A stretch of DNA of 64,000 nt, from contig OZ316893.1 in assembly GCA_973895155.1 (NCBI GenBank), positions 3,144,490-3,208,489 on the forward strand, read 5' to 3'. Made by a program: the position numbers and the translations under genes. Source of the stretch: Marsupella aquatica. Taxonomy: Eukaryota; Plantae; Marchantiophyta. The notes under the pieces were generated by a model. It did no database searches. It was not told the DNA's origin and was given only the letters and a program-made list of their open reading frames with translations. Below, in pieces: positions 50,800 to 62,950 of this stretch (position 1 is the stretch's first letter; every line of letters starts with the position of its first letter).

Positions 50800-53700
50800 T
50801 CACTGGGTCTTCAAACGTTTCACATTCTCATCCCGAAGCCACTCAAGGCACTCATCAGAACTGCTTTGAGGATGAGACAGCTGCCACCTCAACACTTTGT
50901 CCTTCTGGTCAATTCCAAATGTGACATTAACTTCAGAAGAAAAAAAAAAAAAACAGAAGTGAGCCCAGAACGGCAACGCTCTGTTCACGTTCACCTTCAA
51001 ACGGCAGGATTCTTCCTAAAATTTTGGCCATCACATGTCTCAGTGTTGGCCACCAGCTGGTGACGATTTACATAAAGGATTTACGAAGTATTCAGCTCCA
51101 AGCAAGCGGATACAGCATCTCACCAACTTTACGTATAAGGTCCAGTCTATGGAAGCACAGATATTCAAGCTTATTCAGAAGGTGCACGACCTGGGTGCAG
51201 GTCACCTTGATATGTAATCATATAGAATGCCCATCATAAGGAGCTGTGGAGCTTGCAGTTTAATGACTATACTTCTACTGTGTCTAAGATACCTTCAAAT
51301 AAACTCAAAATGATGGCAGTTTGACAATTAAGGTTCTAATTTCTCACACAATGTCCAAAAGAAGGGGCCAGCCCAGTTAAAGATAGATGACTCACCCATT
51401 CTTGTACTTGCCTGCCTCCTTTGCCCAGCTTGAGTGCATCCATAATCTGATGTCCATCAAGCAGTGGCTTTGTTTCCCATACATTGGTTAACCCTACAAC
51501 GTCCACCAGTGTTAACTGCTACATTAGAAGCCCCAACAAGAACAAACTTGATACGAAACCCCCATCCTGGCAATGAACGAACCTACAAAAGCTTGTCCAA
51601 GAAAAAAATATAGTATATCTGGTTTGCAAAATGAGACCAGGGACATCAGTTTAGGGTGATATGCTGGAACGAGCAATGTCACCAAATCTTGAAGAGGATG
51701 AGGCACACCCACAGAAACGAAACAGAGAAAAGCATACCGAGTGTAATCAGAATGTCCTCAACAGCATTGCAAGTTATAACTCTCTGCTCGATCCATGCCT
51801 GATTGTCCAAAGACAGGCCAACAATATCTGCTCCTTTCTGAGACTTCAAGGAAGGCAGTTCCAATATAGTTGCGAGTACTAAGGCACCTCGCCAAAGATC
51901 TTTGCAACTCATCAGCAACAAGCCTGCTTAATCCACATGTCCAGAATCAAATATTGCACCTAACCATAAATAATGATTTCTAGCAGGCAAATACTAGATT
52001 GTGTAACATGCAAGTTCGTGGACTATTCCACTTTCTTGTTAACCAGTAGCTCCTAACAATACGTACCAAATTCTACCCTGTGCTTTGCCGAAGCATGAGA
52101 GTCTCCTTGGTGCAGCGAATCCTTCTTATCGATTGAAGAATCGGAGTCCGGTGAAAGAAGCTGCTTGATTAGTGGTTGAAATTTTAGCGCTGTTGTATGC
52201 AGGGTTTCTACCTGCCAAGTCCGTATTCAAATGTGTAGTTAGCAGTGCATGAAAGAAACGTAAATATCTCAGAAACGATCGTATCGCAACCCATAATTAG
52301 GCCAAAGCTCTTCATTGTCAAACAGTCCAAAAATTGACGAGAATACATGAAGGCAGATAACCCACTTCACATGGCACATGACAGTTACTGCAGTCCTTTA
52401 ACCTGATCTACCAAACTTACCCCAGTAGCATCGTTATTCTTAAGCTTCAAAGATTCACTGATGATGTACCTTGACAAAGCGATCTGCATCACTCACGACG
52501 CAGACGTCAGAGACGTCAGATCTATGATCATGCATCATTTAAGCCGAAACAAAGACTTCGAATTTGCGCAGCAAAAGAGCCTTAAGAAGAAATGTCCTCG
52601 GACAACAATACATGGCACAAATTCAATTACAATATTTCGAGCCAACACACAGTCGGAAAGCAGCCGGAGACTCATGGAGGTTTCTGATATTCTGTCAGGC
52701 AAGAAAGTACAAAAAGAAAGTCTGCTGACCTTTTTCTTTCTTCGCATATCAAGGAAACAGTTACAAGGTTGAAGAGGCAGAAACAAGGCGCCGAATAGCA
52801 GTAACCGGCGTTGCTCATTCTGCAATGAAAACATTCGCTAGTAAGAAGCGAAAACTCGGTCCACAATACCCATGACGCTATCCGAAAGCAAGACAAAGAT
52901 TCATTTTTCATGTGTAGCTCATAATGATCATCATTTCTTTCAAGCTCAACAGTGCATAATTGCTTAAGTCACCCCGCTATATATTTGAGAGAAACAATCA
53001 TCTTTTAGCAAACGACGCGCACTCATGAATCAGTGCTACACATCTTTGGGAGTGGGGCAGCTAACTTGCAAAATACTGGACTGTAAAAGAAACTGTCGTG
53101 AACGCCAATATATGAATTTTCACAACATGATTAAACGAAGTAAGACTCCAATACATACAGATATTTCAGAAGCACATCTGATCTTTGGATAAATTTGTGC
53201 GACAGCTTGCAAAGAATCCACGCACAACCTGCAGGTAAATGTTTGGTGATCAGCTTTTCAAAAAGATGACAGAGATCTAGCTTAGGGAAGAATCTCCGAC
53301 TAAACCCGTATTATGACAAAAAAAGTTAGCAAATCTTCCATTGATAATCGAAAGGAAGGACAGAATGAATTCATCTTGAATGAATGTGAATTCAGAACAA
53401 ACAAAATTGCGTAGAGTAGCTACGGTCTTCCCAGAAGAATCCAGGAACTCGTCCAAGTTACTGCAATAATGAAGTGCATCAAAGCTTAAATCAAACAGAG
53501 AGGCAGTGTGTTTGATCGGACCTTCCATAGTTTTCCAGAACTGGAGGATCTGGCTCTAGTTCCTTAGACACCGTGAAGACTACAGAGAACAGGGAGAGGT
53601 CTTCTATGTATTTCATTGCCTTTTCTGGTTGATTGCCCATTATCATAAGTTCAACCTGTAAGCAGACAAATTCAGATGCAAAGAGGGTTTAGCAAAGATA

Positions 53701-56509
53701 AATATAGATCAGCATACCAAACATTCTCCTAGAGAAATTTCGAATCATTAAACCCTGCACACTCTCACCTCGTGACCAATTCGCTCTCTGCTGACTTTGC
53801 TCTCGAGAGCAGTTCTAACAGAATCAGATGCCGCAGCTTTCTTCAATTCTTCCTCGATTGTAAAACCAAATCGCGCGGCTGATTTCAAAGAGTTTACATG
53901 CTATAGTTAATAACCGAACAATGTCGATTCTCAGAAAACCACCGATTCCACTAACAATGCGCACGTTCACGCATCAAACAATTACATATCCGTAGAAGTG
54001 AAGGGGCCAAAAATCCAAAACCGTAAACCCTATTATCATCCCAACCACCATCACCACATTTTATTCCAGGGTCTTCATACAATTTAGTCTTTCCAGTAAC
54101 CTCGGAAAATGTCATGCTGAGAACTTTCTGTGTGAGACAAAAATAGAATGACTATGGACCAAACTAAAACCTAAACCCCTGCACATATATTGATTGAGAC
54201 GTACCAAACCGTATCGCACGGCAAACCCGAAGAGGGTCATCTAAGAACGTGGTGTTTGGGGGTAGGGGAGTGCGAATGATTCCCAGTTTCAAATCTGTCA
54301 TGCCTGCCAGAAACCGAAACACTATTTTAAATTGAATTGATTCATTTACACAACGAGATTGCTTCATGGGCGACTAAAAACCTTGCAATCAGTAGCCACA
54401 AACAGGAGTTCCAGTCAGAGCTGACACCCAGCACGGGAAGCCATGAAAAGAATCTACCTCACTTTGCATCTAGTTAGAAGGCTACCTTTGTTCGTGAAGT
54501 CTTCCACCAGCTTCGTGTTTATATTATAGAAGAGACTGCAGAATGATCATGCCAATTTTTAACATGGTGCTTATTTATCGACATGTTATATGCTGTGAAC
54601 TGATTTCAGAACGATTTACGAACTAAACAATAGGTGTTGTACATTACAAGAACAAGGTGATTCGTTCTCCTAAAGCATACCTGTTGATAGTCAAATCGCG
54701 TCTTTCAGCATCTTGCTCAGGTGTGCCAAATTCCTGCGGTCAGATTTAGCGACAACTATAAGACGGAGTAACAGCCACAAAGAAGCTAGCAGCATGCAAC
54801 ACTCAGAAGGTTTTCAAGGCCATAAAGTTTTAGACAAAAGAAACAGCCATCTACAATTCCTGAGACGGCCTAATACCATTTGAGGTATGCGGCTACTCTC
54901 GGTGTAAGTCTCAGCCCGCAAATTAACAAAATCGATGGAGATCCCAAGGATACGCATGTTAGCCGTCTCCAAGTGCTTTGATTGGTCCGGATTGCTGCAT
55001 CAAGACATCAACTCGAGTTAGCTGGGTCACTCATGCATGTGAATTGAGACGACAAAAGTCAATTCCATAAAGTCTTTGAACAGAACCGATCTATCGGTTA
55101 CAGAAGATTAAAAAAAATGGGACTCGCCATGGATCACAAAGTCAGAAAGAATCTTATGGATTTGGAACTTTAGCCTGCTTGGGGTTCAAATGACGTACCA
55201 AAACACTTATTATGATTAATCTTTAATATAAGATGAGAGTCAAGACAGGAATAGCAGGACATCTATTGAAAATCACCTCTGTATTACGCCAACGGAGTGC
55301 GTCTCTTCTCCAATCATTTTCAGGTACTCGTTGACCTTCTCACAGAAAACCCGTCCCAGCATGTCGTCTAGAGCTATATCGATGTCCTTAGAGTTCTTTC
55401 CGATAAGCTGCAGTCACCCAAATTCCCTTCCCCCTTAAATCTAATTTCGCTTTTTGCAGCAGGTGTCAGTTGACTGTCAGTAAACTGCAAATTGCAAACC
55501 AAGATACTGCGTCGTCCCAAGTCCGTAACAACGAGCCTATTGCTAAGAGTTTTGGGAAAAGACTCACACTAGCTGGCAAGCCACATTGGCAACCAGCTTA
55601 AGCCATGAAAAACTAAACTCTTTTTCGTTTTGATATTTTCTTTCCATAACGAACAGAGTAAGACAACAATGAGGGCTCGGTAAAGCCTTTGCGTCAGTGG
55701 AAGAACTATCTAAAAACCTAATGCGGTCGAGGTTAACATCAGTAAACATTGCAGCACAAGGATCCACATAATTACATACATACCTTATCCCGAACCCAGC
55801 CTCCTGCCACACGAAGTTGCGTCTTCAAGCCAAAATGGTTCAATGTGGCTGTGAGAATTCCAAAAATTCGTTCTTCCATCTCCGTGAGCTCAACTGTATC
55901 CCGCACAGCAACCATCTTCCCAACACTTGAGTTCGTCTGCTGCTGCTCCTCAGCTCTCAAAATGCCTTCACCTAAACCAAGAGACGGGGATCCTCCGACT
56001 CCTGCTACCGTTCTCTGTTGTGCATATGTTCTTGCCAACTCCTGGCCTGCAATCCTACATCCATTGACCAAGATGGACGTGATCCTCAGCTCAAATGAAT
56101 TGCCGAAATCATCACACCCACAGGGCAATAGAAACAAGGACAAATTTCTGAAATTAACGGAAGGATTCGAGATTTATTACACTGGAGCAGGAAATTCAAC
56201 CCAAAGGCCCAAAAGACCAAATTGCAAAACCGAGTACCTTGGTTCACCAAAACCTGGCGGCGAGATTCGGCTCCAATCAGCACGGAGAGAAGAATTTCCA
56301 GTGGCACAAGAGCATGGGTGACACGCAGCGCCCCAAATGGCTTTGAGGCAGGAAGGAACGGAGGGGCGACTGTAGGGATGAGAATGATCAGGATACCGAG
56401 TGACAGGAGAATGAAATGTAAACTCTCGAGGAAACGCACGTTGGGACAATATGATTCCTGGGCGCATCACGGAAGACAGAGATTTGCTGCCCATAGACTG
56501 GACCGCCAT
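50800..56509 (-). CDS. CCA1: CCA-adding tRNA nucleotidyltransferase, ~16 exons, with an N-terminal organellar-targeting extension
   Basis: LRVAGGWVRDK-LIGKNSKDIDIALD, NPDQSKHLETA, IDFVNLRAETY, FGTPEQDAERRDLTINSLFYNIN, TFLDDPLRVCRAIRF, KVSRERIGHE, KPLLDG, WQLSHP. Exons include 56509-56238, 56147-55784, 55407-55278 and a last exon ~50904-50800. Exon 1 is phase-compatible but less certain. Confidence 0.95.
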
Positions 56510-56564
56510 AGTCTGTCAAATGACCACCCCCCTCTGCTCCTTCAGACCTCAAGTCCTCTGGTCT

Positions 56565-57100
56565 ACCCCATATTTTTTGTATTCCTTGACGTCCAAGTAC
56601 GTTTTATTAGACTTGAGGTCAACAGTTGTTTCTGGGTGCCCCAGATTAAAGCAAATAAATTCACCAAAACCCCCCATATTCTGAAGGTGATGCTCCCTAT
56701 TTTCTTTTTCTTCCAAGACGTCCAGGGTGCGTTTTATTGGTCTTGAGTTCGACAGTAGTTTCTGGGTGCCCCAGAATAGAGCAAATAAATTTTACCAAAA
56801 CCCTCCATATTGTGAAGGTGATGCTCCCATATTTTCTTTTTCTTCCTTGACATCCAGGGTGAGTCTTATTGGTCTTGAGTTCAACTGTTGTTTCTGGATG
56901 CCCCAGAATAGAGCAAATAAATTCACCAAACCCCGCCCCCCCCCCCCCCCCCCCAATATTGTCAAGGTGATACTCCCATATTTGTTTATATTCCAGAGTA
57001 TGTTTTAGTGGTCTTGAGGTCACTGGTTGTTTTTTGGTGCCCCCAAAAAGAGCACATAAATTCACCAAAACCCCCATTTTGTGAAAGTGATGCTCCCATG
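56565..57100. repeat. Tandem array, 4 copies of a ~128-bp unit
   Basis: CCCATATTT...TTGACGTCCA...TCTTGAG..CAAC.GTTGTTTCTGGGTGCCCCAGAATAGAGCAAATAAATTCACCAAAACCCC..ATATT..GAAGGTGATGCT repeated four times. Confidence 0.9.
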
Positions 57101-57149
57101 AATAGAGCTCTTGAATAGTACAATCTCCATGGACTATGGCACCTTTTAC

Positions 57150-57456
57150 CTCAGGGGCCTCAATCCAAGGGGTGTCCCATATCACACGCAAAGGTTTAGG
57201 GGAATAAACACCCTAAAACTTAACTCAATAAAGTTTTTTTCTAATAATTTTTTACCCCTAACTTAATGGAATATTTTAAGAATATTCCAAAATTTGATTT
57301 AAAAAAACCTTATGATTCTTTTGATTCTCAAAATTAGATTAAAAAAACACTAATGTTCTTCAACAAAAATTCAAAAGTATTTCACTAAACCCAATAAAAA
57401 AACCCTATGCTTCTTCGCGCGTGATGGGTTGGCAAAAAAGAAATGAGGACCCCGGG
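57150..57456. mobile_element. 307-bp hAT-type MITE, copy 2 (inverted relative to copy 1)
   Basis: 8-bp TSD CCTTTTAC at 57142-57149 and 57457-57464. Ends CTCAGGGGCCTCA / TGAGGACCCCGGG. Interior is collinear with the reverse complement of 6861-7167. Confidence 0.92.
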
Positions 57457-57724
57457 CCTTTTACATTTTGATTCATTGACACCTTCTCATTTCCAAAAAG
57501 CTTCCAGCAACAAAGTTTGACCTAGCTCGTGAACAATACAATCCCCATTCACCGTGACACCTTTTACATTTCACTAATGATTGACACCCTTCTCATTTCC
57601 CCAAAAAAATTCAACAACTAAGTTTGACCATCAATGTCCCTCATTCTAATGAGGGGAATTGGCTCTTCTTGGGCTCGTCAGAAGATGTCATTCTGTAAAA
57701 GCTTAGATGTTGTTCTGGTTACTA

Positions 57725-58030
57725 TATGGTGCCCCCATATCACCTGCAAATGTTTTTAGGGATTAACTGCACTAAAGTCTTAATTAGTAATTGAATGGAA
57801 TTTCTTGACACCCTATTGATTTGGAATATTCTTGGAATATATCATGAATTGAAAAACCCCATCTTTCTTTACAAGTCTCAAATCTGGATTAAAATACCAT
57901 GATGTGTTTCCAGATAAATAATTATTTATCTTTTCAGAAACATGAACTAGATAAACACACTAATTTTGTTTCTATGTGATGTGAACATTGGAAGATTTTA
58001 AGTGAACACCCCCCCCAAGTGTAAAGAAGT
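57725..58030. mobile_element. Older diverged relative of the 307-bp MITE
   Basis: GGTGCCCCCATATCAC, GGAATATTCTTGGAATAT and TCTCAAATCTGGATTAAAATACC resemble the MITE interior. Termini not resolved. Confidence 0.45.
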
Positions 58031-58089
58031 TGTTGCATAAAAAACATAGTTCCCCTTCTCTTCTCAAAATGCCACATGACTATTAGTCA

Positions 58090-58900
58090 CTAGCTCAATA
58101 CCTGTGCGTTGCACAAAAGATGTCGTGTCGCCCAAGATGTTGTTAAGGAAAAAGATGTCGCGTCCTCTAAGATGCAGTTAAGACAAAAAGATGTTGTGTC
58201 GCCCAAGATGTCGTGAAGAAAAAATATCTTGTGTCTCCCAAGATGCCGTTAAGAAAAAATATCTTGTGTCTCCCAAGATGCCGTTAAGAAAAAAAGATGT
58301 GGTGTCTCCCAAGATGTCATGACCACAAAAAATGTTGTGCTGCCCAATGTGTCATTAATAAAGAAAAAATATATTGTGTCACCCAAGATGTTGTTAAGAA
58401 AAAAGATGTTGTGACACCCAAGATGTACTTAAGAAAAATGATATTGTGTCACCCAAGATGTCGTTAAGACAAAAGATATCATGTCAACCAAGATATTGTT
58501 AAGAAAAAGATGTTGTGGCACCCAATATGTCCTGATAAAAATAATTGTCACGTTGCCCAAGATGTCGTTAAGAGAAAAGTTGTCATTAAGTAAAAAAGAT
58601 GTTAAGACAAAAGTTGCACAAAAGATGCTACGTGTGGTGAGAAAATAGTTTTCGATAGCCCAATGCTTGTGCAATGCATGAAGTCATCAAGATGAAAGGT
58701 GCCAAGCGGAAAATATCTCCAGTTGGAATATATATCGAGCAAAAATGCTATGGGGTTGGTAAGATGTCAAACAAAAACCAAGTCAAGCGGAAAATATCTC
58801 CAAACCTGGAAAAGATCTCAAACCAAAATGCTATTGTGTGGGTAGAATGTCAAACAAAACACATCAAGTGGAAACATATCGCGCAAAAAAAATGTTAAAG
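58090..58900 (-). mobile_element. Non-autonomous Helitron 3' end with a ~37-40-bp subterminal repeat array
   Basis: Minus strand reads ...TGTGC-AAC-GCACA-GGTATTGAG-CTAG|T, a hairpin about 10 nt before CTAG followed by T. Then ~12 copies of CCCAAGATG(T/C)CGTTAAGAAAAAAGATGTTGTGTC at ~58118-58580. 5' TC end not located. Confidence 0.7.
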
Positions 58901-61846
58901 AACGAAGAGATCACAGAGAGCAAAACAAACTGGAAGCTCAATGACAAATATATGCAGAATTGGGGGCAATCCAGGGTAAGAAATTAAAGCCAGGATAAGA
59001 GGAAAGATAAATCATCATGTCTGTAGTAGATTTCAGAACCTGGTTCAAAACTCCATGGCACTCAAGTGGGCCCAGGCTTTCATCATTCTTTATAAGGACC
59101 AGGCTATAGGCTTTACACCCAACTCACATACATACAACTGCCCATTGCATTTTTTTTCCTAATTAAACCTGACTAGCGGCAGCATACAGGCTGAGAGAAA
59201 GATGTCATAAACCCCTCCCATGCCAGTCCTGACGCCCCCAGATTAGCACTTTCAATGGCAAGGGCTGGAACATTTTCAACCCTTGAGGTCCCAACCTCAA
59301 AACTTCACATAAAACAAAAGGTTCTGCTGTTGTGGATTGTGTTGAGTATACACCAAGATGTTGCATTTGATAAGATCTATTTGTGATCTTATTTCCCTAA
59401 TCTTTTGCTATAGCTAAGGGCTGCATCAGGACCCCCCACATGCAAGTTCATTGGCTCTTAGGCTTCTTGTAAGACAGATCCCAGATCTCATTTGTGCTTG
59501 GGGGGGCACTATATAGAGGGCCATACATTGCGTGCAACATTTTAGGGTTTGAACCCCTAACTCATAAGTGCTATTTTTTTGCAACACCCTTTCTTTCTTA
59601 AATTTTGCCATTTTTTACTTAAAAACCCAAAAAAATTTAAAAAAAATTTATATATGTTCATTAAAGCTGACAATCAATAAAACATGCCCTATGTGTTCTT
59701 ACACAAAACCTTTGGAAGTCTTGCGTCACACTCATTTAAATGAGTGGGTTTATACTTTGTCGCACGTGATATGCTACTTCTGTGGAAGTGAACCCCCCCC
59801 CCCCAAGTCTTTGTGACTCTCCTATGTGGTTTACTCTATAACTCAACCAGACTTTCAGTTTTCAGTAGAGTAAGGGCTTTAATTTGTCTTCTCTGTTCAT
59901 TTGTAGGCTTTGTGTTCTCTTGCATTTGTTAGGGCTCTCTGATTTGCAGCATCTCTATGGGCCTCTTGGTCTTTCCAGTTTGCTCTTCCCCCTCCTCCAT
60001 TATTATGTCTCTCCCCTTAAGGTTGGGATCCTTGTTCCTGGGGCTTTTGTTCTTTGGCAATGTGATGTAGAGTATAGCTGCATTTGTTTTTTGGGTCATT
60101 CTGGACACAATGTGGTGTAAACAGGACTTTACCCAATGCAATGAGAAAACAAAATTGGGTCATCCTGGCAAACAAAATTGGGTCATATTGAGCTTAATGC
60201 AGTGCAAACCGGGGTGCAGACAGGACTTTCCTTTACTGTATGCAATCACAAGGCAAAGCTGTCACCTCCCCAGGTAGGAAATTAAATTTTCTTTGTTACC
60301 TTATGTGGGGCTTTCACCCAGTTTAATGTTGGTGTTCTCAAGGGTCTTCTTTAATTAATCCCACTTACAAAAAAGACTATCTTAGAGGATTTGTATGTTA
60401 CCCTTGTAATAAGTGGGGTTTGCCAATTCTCTTGTGTTCATCCAGGGGTTGGTACACTCACCTACAAGCACTAGAATTGCCCATAATCTTCAACGAGAAT
60501 ATCAATTTTGGGCTTTCTAACAGTGTCAATGAGTTTTGAATGGGTAAGGATATATATATGCACTACTTTGATGCATGTTGCACAATATCTATAAAATGAA
60601 ATTGCGCACAAAAGAAATAAAAGTCTGAACCGTAGTGAAAAGTAACTTATATATCCTCGTTAGTATTTTCTCCCTAGAGCTTTTCCTACTTGTTACATTC
60701 TTACATTTGAAGTGGGGAATATTCACTATTATGTATTGTGGGATTGTGTCTAATTGACACACTTTGTGTTTTTCCCCACTTGATTGTCAGCATGCAAGGG
60801 AAAAGAGAGTTTTACCAACATGGGAGCGTGTCCATTCTGCCTTAATAGGAAAAATAGTATTTTTTTGCAGAGAGATAATTTGTTGACTGTCCGTTTCTAC
60901 AAGTAGATTGTGATCTTGTAAGTGATTCTATGCAGTGATTCCGGAGAGAATCACGGGGACAAAGGAACTAGCTGCGTCTTAGATAGGGATTGAATCTCAT
61001 CTCACCTTGGCACAATAAAATAGTATTCAATTTGTGTTCATGGAGTGTGCTTGAAGGCAATGGACACAATGAGAACTTCCCAGAAAGCCAGAGGTGGGAC
61101 AGAGAAAAGATGACAAGAGATCTCCAGAAAATAATCAAGAAAAGAATCTGAATCCAGGTATCAACCTTTTCTCTCGTTAATGAGACAATAAAAACATATA
61201 CAATAAGGCTTTCTGAACTGACCCCAATGAAGAGTCCCTTCCAAAATCCCTGGCACCACATATAGAGTCCCTTCCCAAATCCCTGGAACCATATATAGCC
61301 ACATCATTGACAATTGCTACAAACAGGAACACTCAGTTTTGTGAATAAAAACAATTGTTGCAACCATGTTCAAAAAAAAATTGGGTACTAGATATTAGGA
61401 CGCCATGCCTAAAACAGAACATACAAATAAACACAATACCAAGCGCAAGACAAACAATTTGAGGTAAAACTGCCCCATGTACCCATTTAATTTTAACAAG
61501 AAGAAAAAGGACAAGTGGGTGTTCCAGTAGCTCATGAGTTTTCCATGACTGCCTAGAAAAACTTGACACTTGTAAGTTTGGACTTTTGTTCTTACCTTCC
61601 CGATCCATCGCTGTCCCGATCGCTGTGTCTGAAGAAAGTGTGCAATTATGGATCCAAATAAGTCATCAAACCAGGAGTGAATTAAATTAGCATGGACCAT
61701 AGGAATGGAAAGTTTTCTACACAAAAAAGAATTAAATGGGAAACAAAAGACCAAAAAATGTAGCCTTGCATGCACCAGGATCAAGGAGGACCTTCCCTTT
61801 ACCGTCATGGCTGAAGTTTCAACCATCACCAACTAACTGGAAGCGA

Positions 61847-61900
61847 TTACGCAGAGACTACGTTATACCTGATTTTTATGAATTGCAAGATGCATATTAG
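61847..61900 (+). pseudogene. ndhJ: ndhJ 3' fragment (plastid-derived)
   Basis: Translates as LRRDYVIPDFYELQDAY*, matching the NdhJ C-terminus. Convergent with trnF, as in plastomes. Confidence 0.85.
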
Positions 61901-61986
61901 TGATCAAAAAATATATAGTACATATATATATTACATATGTATTACATATGTATTATATATGGAAGAATTCTATATATATAGATACA

Positions 61987-62037
61987 TGCCAGAAACCAGA
62001 TTTGAACTCGTGACACAAGGATTTTCAGTCCTCTGCT
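61987..62037 (-). pseudogene. trnF-GAA: Truncated plastid trnF-GAA (5' acceptor strand and most of the D arm missing)
   Basis: Minus strand AGCAGAGGACTGAAAATCCTTGTGTCACGAGTTCAAATCTGGTTTCTGGCA: GAA anticodon arm, T arm and 3' acceptor strand. Confidence 0.9.
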
Positions 62038-62134
62038 TCACAAAAATACTTTACCCTTTATTGAAAAGGGTAAAGTTTTTTTCTTATTGCATTTTAATAA
62101 GGATCACTTATTTGTATTGAAAAACCCTTTAGTA

Positions 62135-62206
62135 TTATAAAGATGATCCTAATCCAAAATATCATCCATAGAAAAACATACCTACCAAACCAATCACGAT
62201 GATACC
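62135..62206 (-). pseudogene. psbJ: psbJ 3' fragment (plastid-derived)
   Basis: Translates as GIIVIGLVGMFFYG*YFGLGSSL*; the PsbJ consensus is [23 protein letters not shown]. Confidence 0.85.
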
Positions 62207-62950
62207 AGGTTACAATATGGAAGGAGACATGCATAGCACTTGACCAGAGGGATAGCGCTTTACGATTAAAAGGGGGCAGCTCTACTCGTCAAGAAGAGAG
62301 CTGCACCCTTTTAATTTGCTTTTGTTTGGTTCGTGTGCCAGCTTTAAAGAGACTTAATCCGAGATCATAGGCGTAAGTTCAAACGTTATTTTTTCTCCTC
62401 CCCGAGATTATTATTGATTAAGAATGTTCACGATGCTGCAATCGTTTTCAATTGTTAAGTACACTATTTCTACAAAAAAAATCTGTTTATCCTAAAAAGA
62501 TCATCATGGTGAAATGACCTTAAGCTCTTTCCTTTTTCTCTTGGTAAATTATTCCATCATAAAATAGTTAAATACTCCTTTTTCTTGACCTTTTAAGCTA
62601 GAGTCTTTAAATCATAGATAAGATGATTTGTTATAACACGTGATAAGATTTTCTCCCATTTGCTTGGTGGTTTCGGGTTTTTAGCATATGGTGTAAAACC
62701 GTTTCTGAAAGAAAATATTATTCCATCATAAGGAGATTATAGCTTATTCAATATTGGTCCCCTGGACATTGTGCAGCCTCCTCAGGTTCTTTCTCCATAT
62801 TTTGGAGAACGGGTTGTATAGTAGGCACGGACTGAAATCTACGCTTGTATAAGGCTCCATAATTTATTATTATTTTTCTTATTCATTGATACTTAGCGAG
62901 TAAAGTATAAAGTCTTCCATACAAAATAAAAATACACCTTAAAACAAAAT

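Larger units (their letters stand above)
61847..62206. other. Nuclear plastid DNA insertion (NUPT), mosaic of two plastome loci
   Basis: ndhJ 3' end, spacer and convergent partial trnF, joined to a 3' spacer hairpin (ACTTTACCCTTT-ATTG-AAAAGGGTAAAGT) and the psbJ 3' half. Confidence 0.88.

Noticed and set aside
54877-54994. Split CC-adding or A-adding specialisation of the nucleotidyltransferase
   Set aside because: The flexible loop (RAETYTESSRIP) and RRD/DDPLR motifs are intact, consistent with a full CCA enzyme.
58118-58580. ~37-40-bp periodic array as a CRISPR locus
   Set aside because: Units are degenerate tandem copies without unique spacers, there are no cas genes, and the context is eukaryotic with a Helitron end.
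61987-62037. Functional tRNA-Phe gene
   Set aside because: The 5' third is missing; it is a NUPT fragment.
62247-62258. GAGGGATAGCGC resembling part of miR390
   Set aside because: Only 12 nt match, with no precursor stem around it, and it lies in the organelle-like insert.
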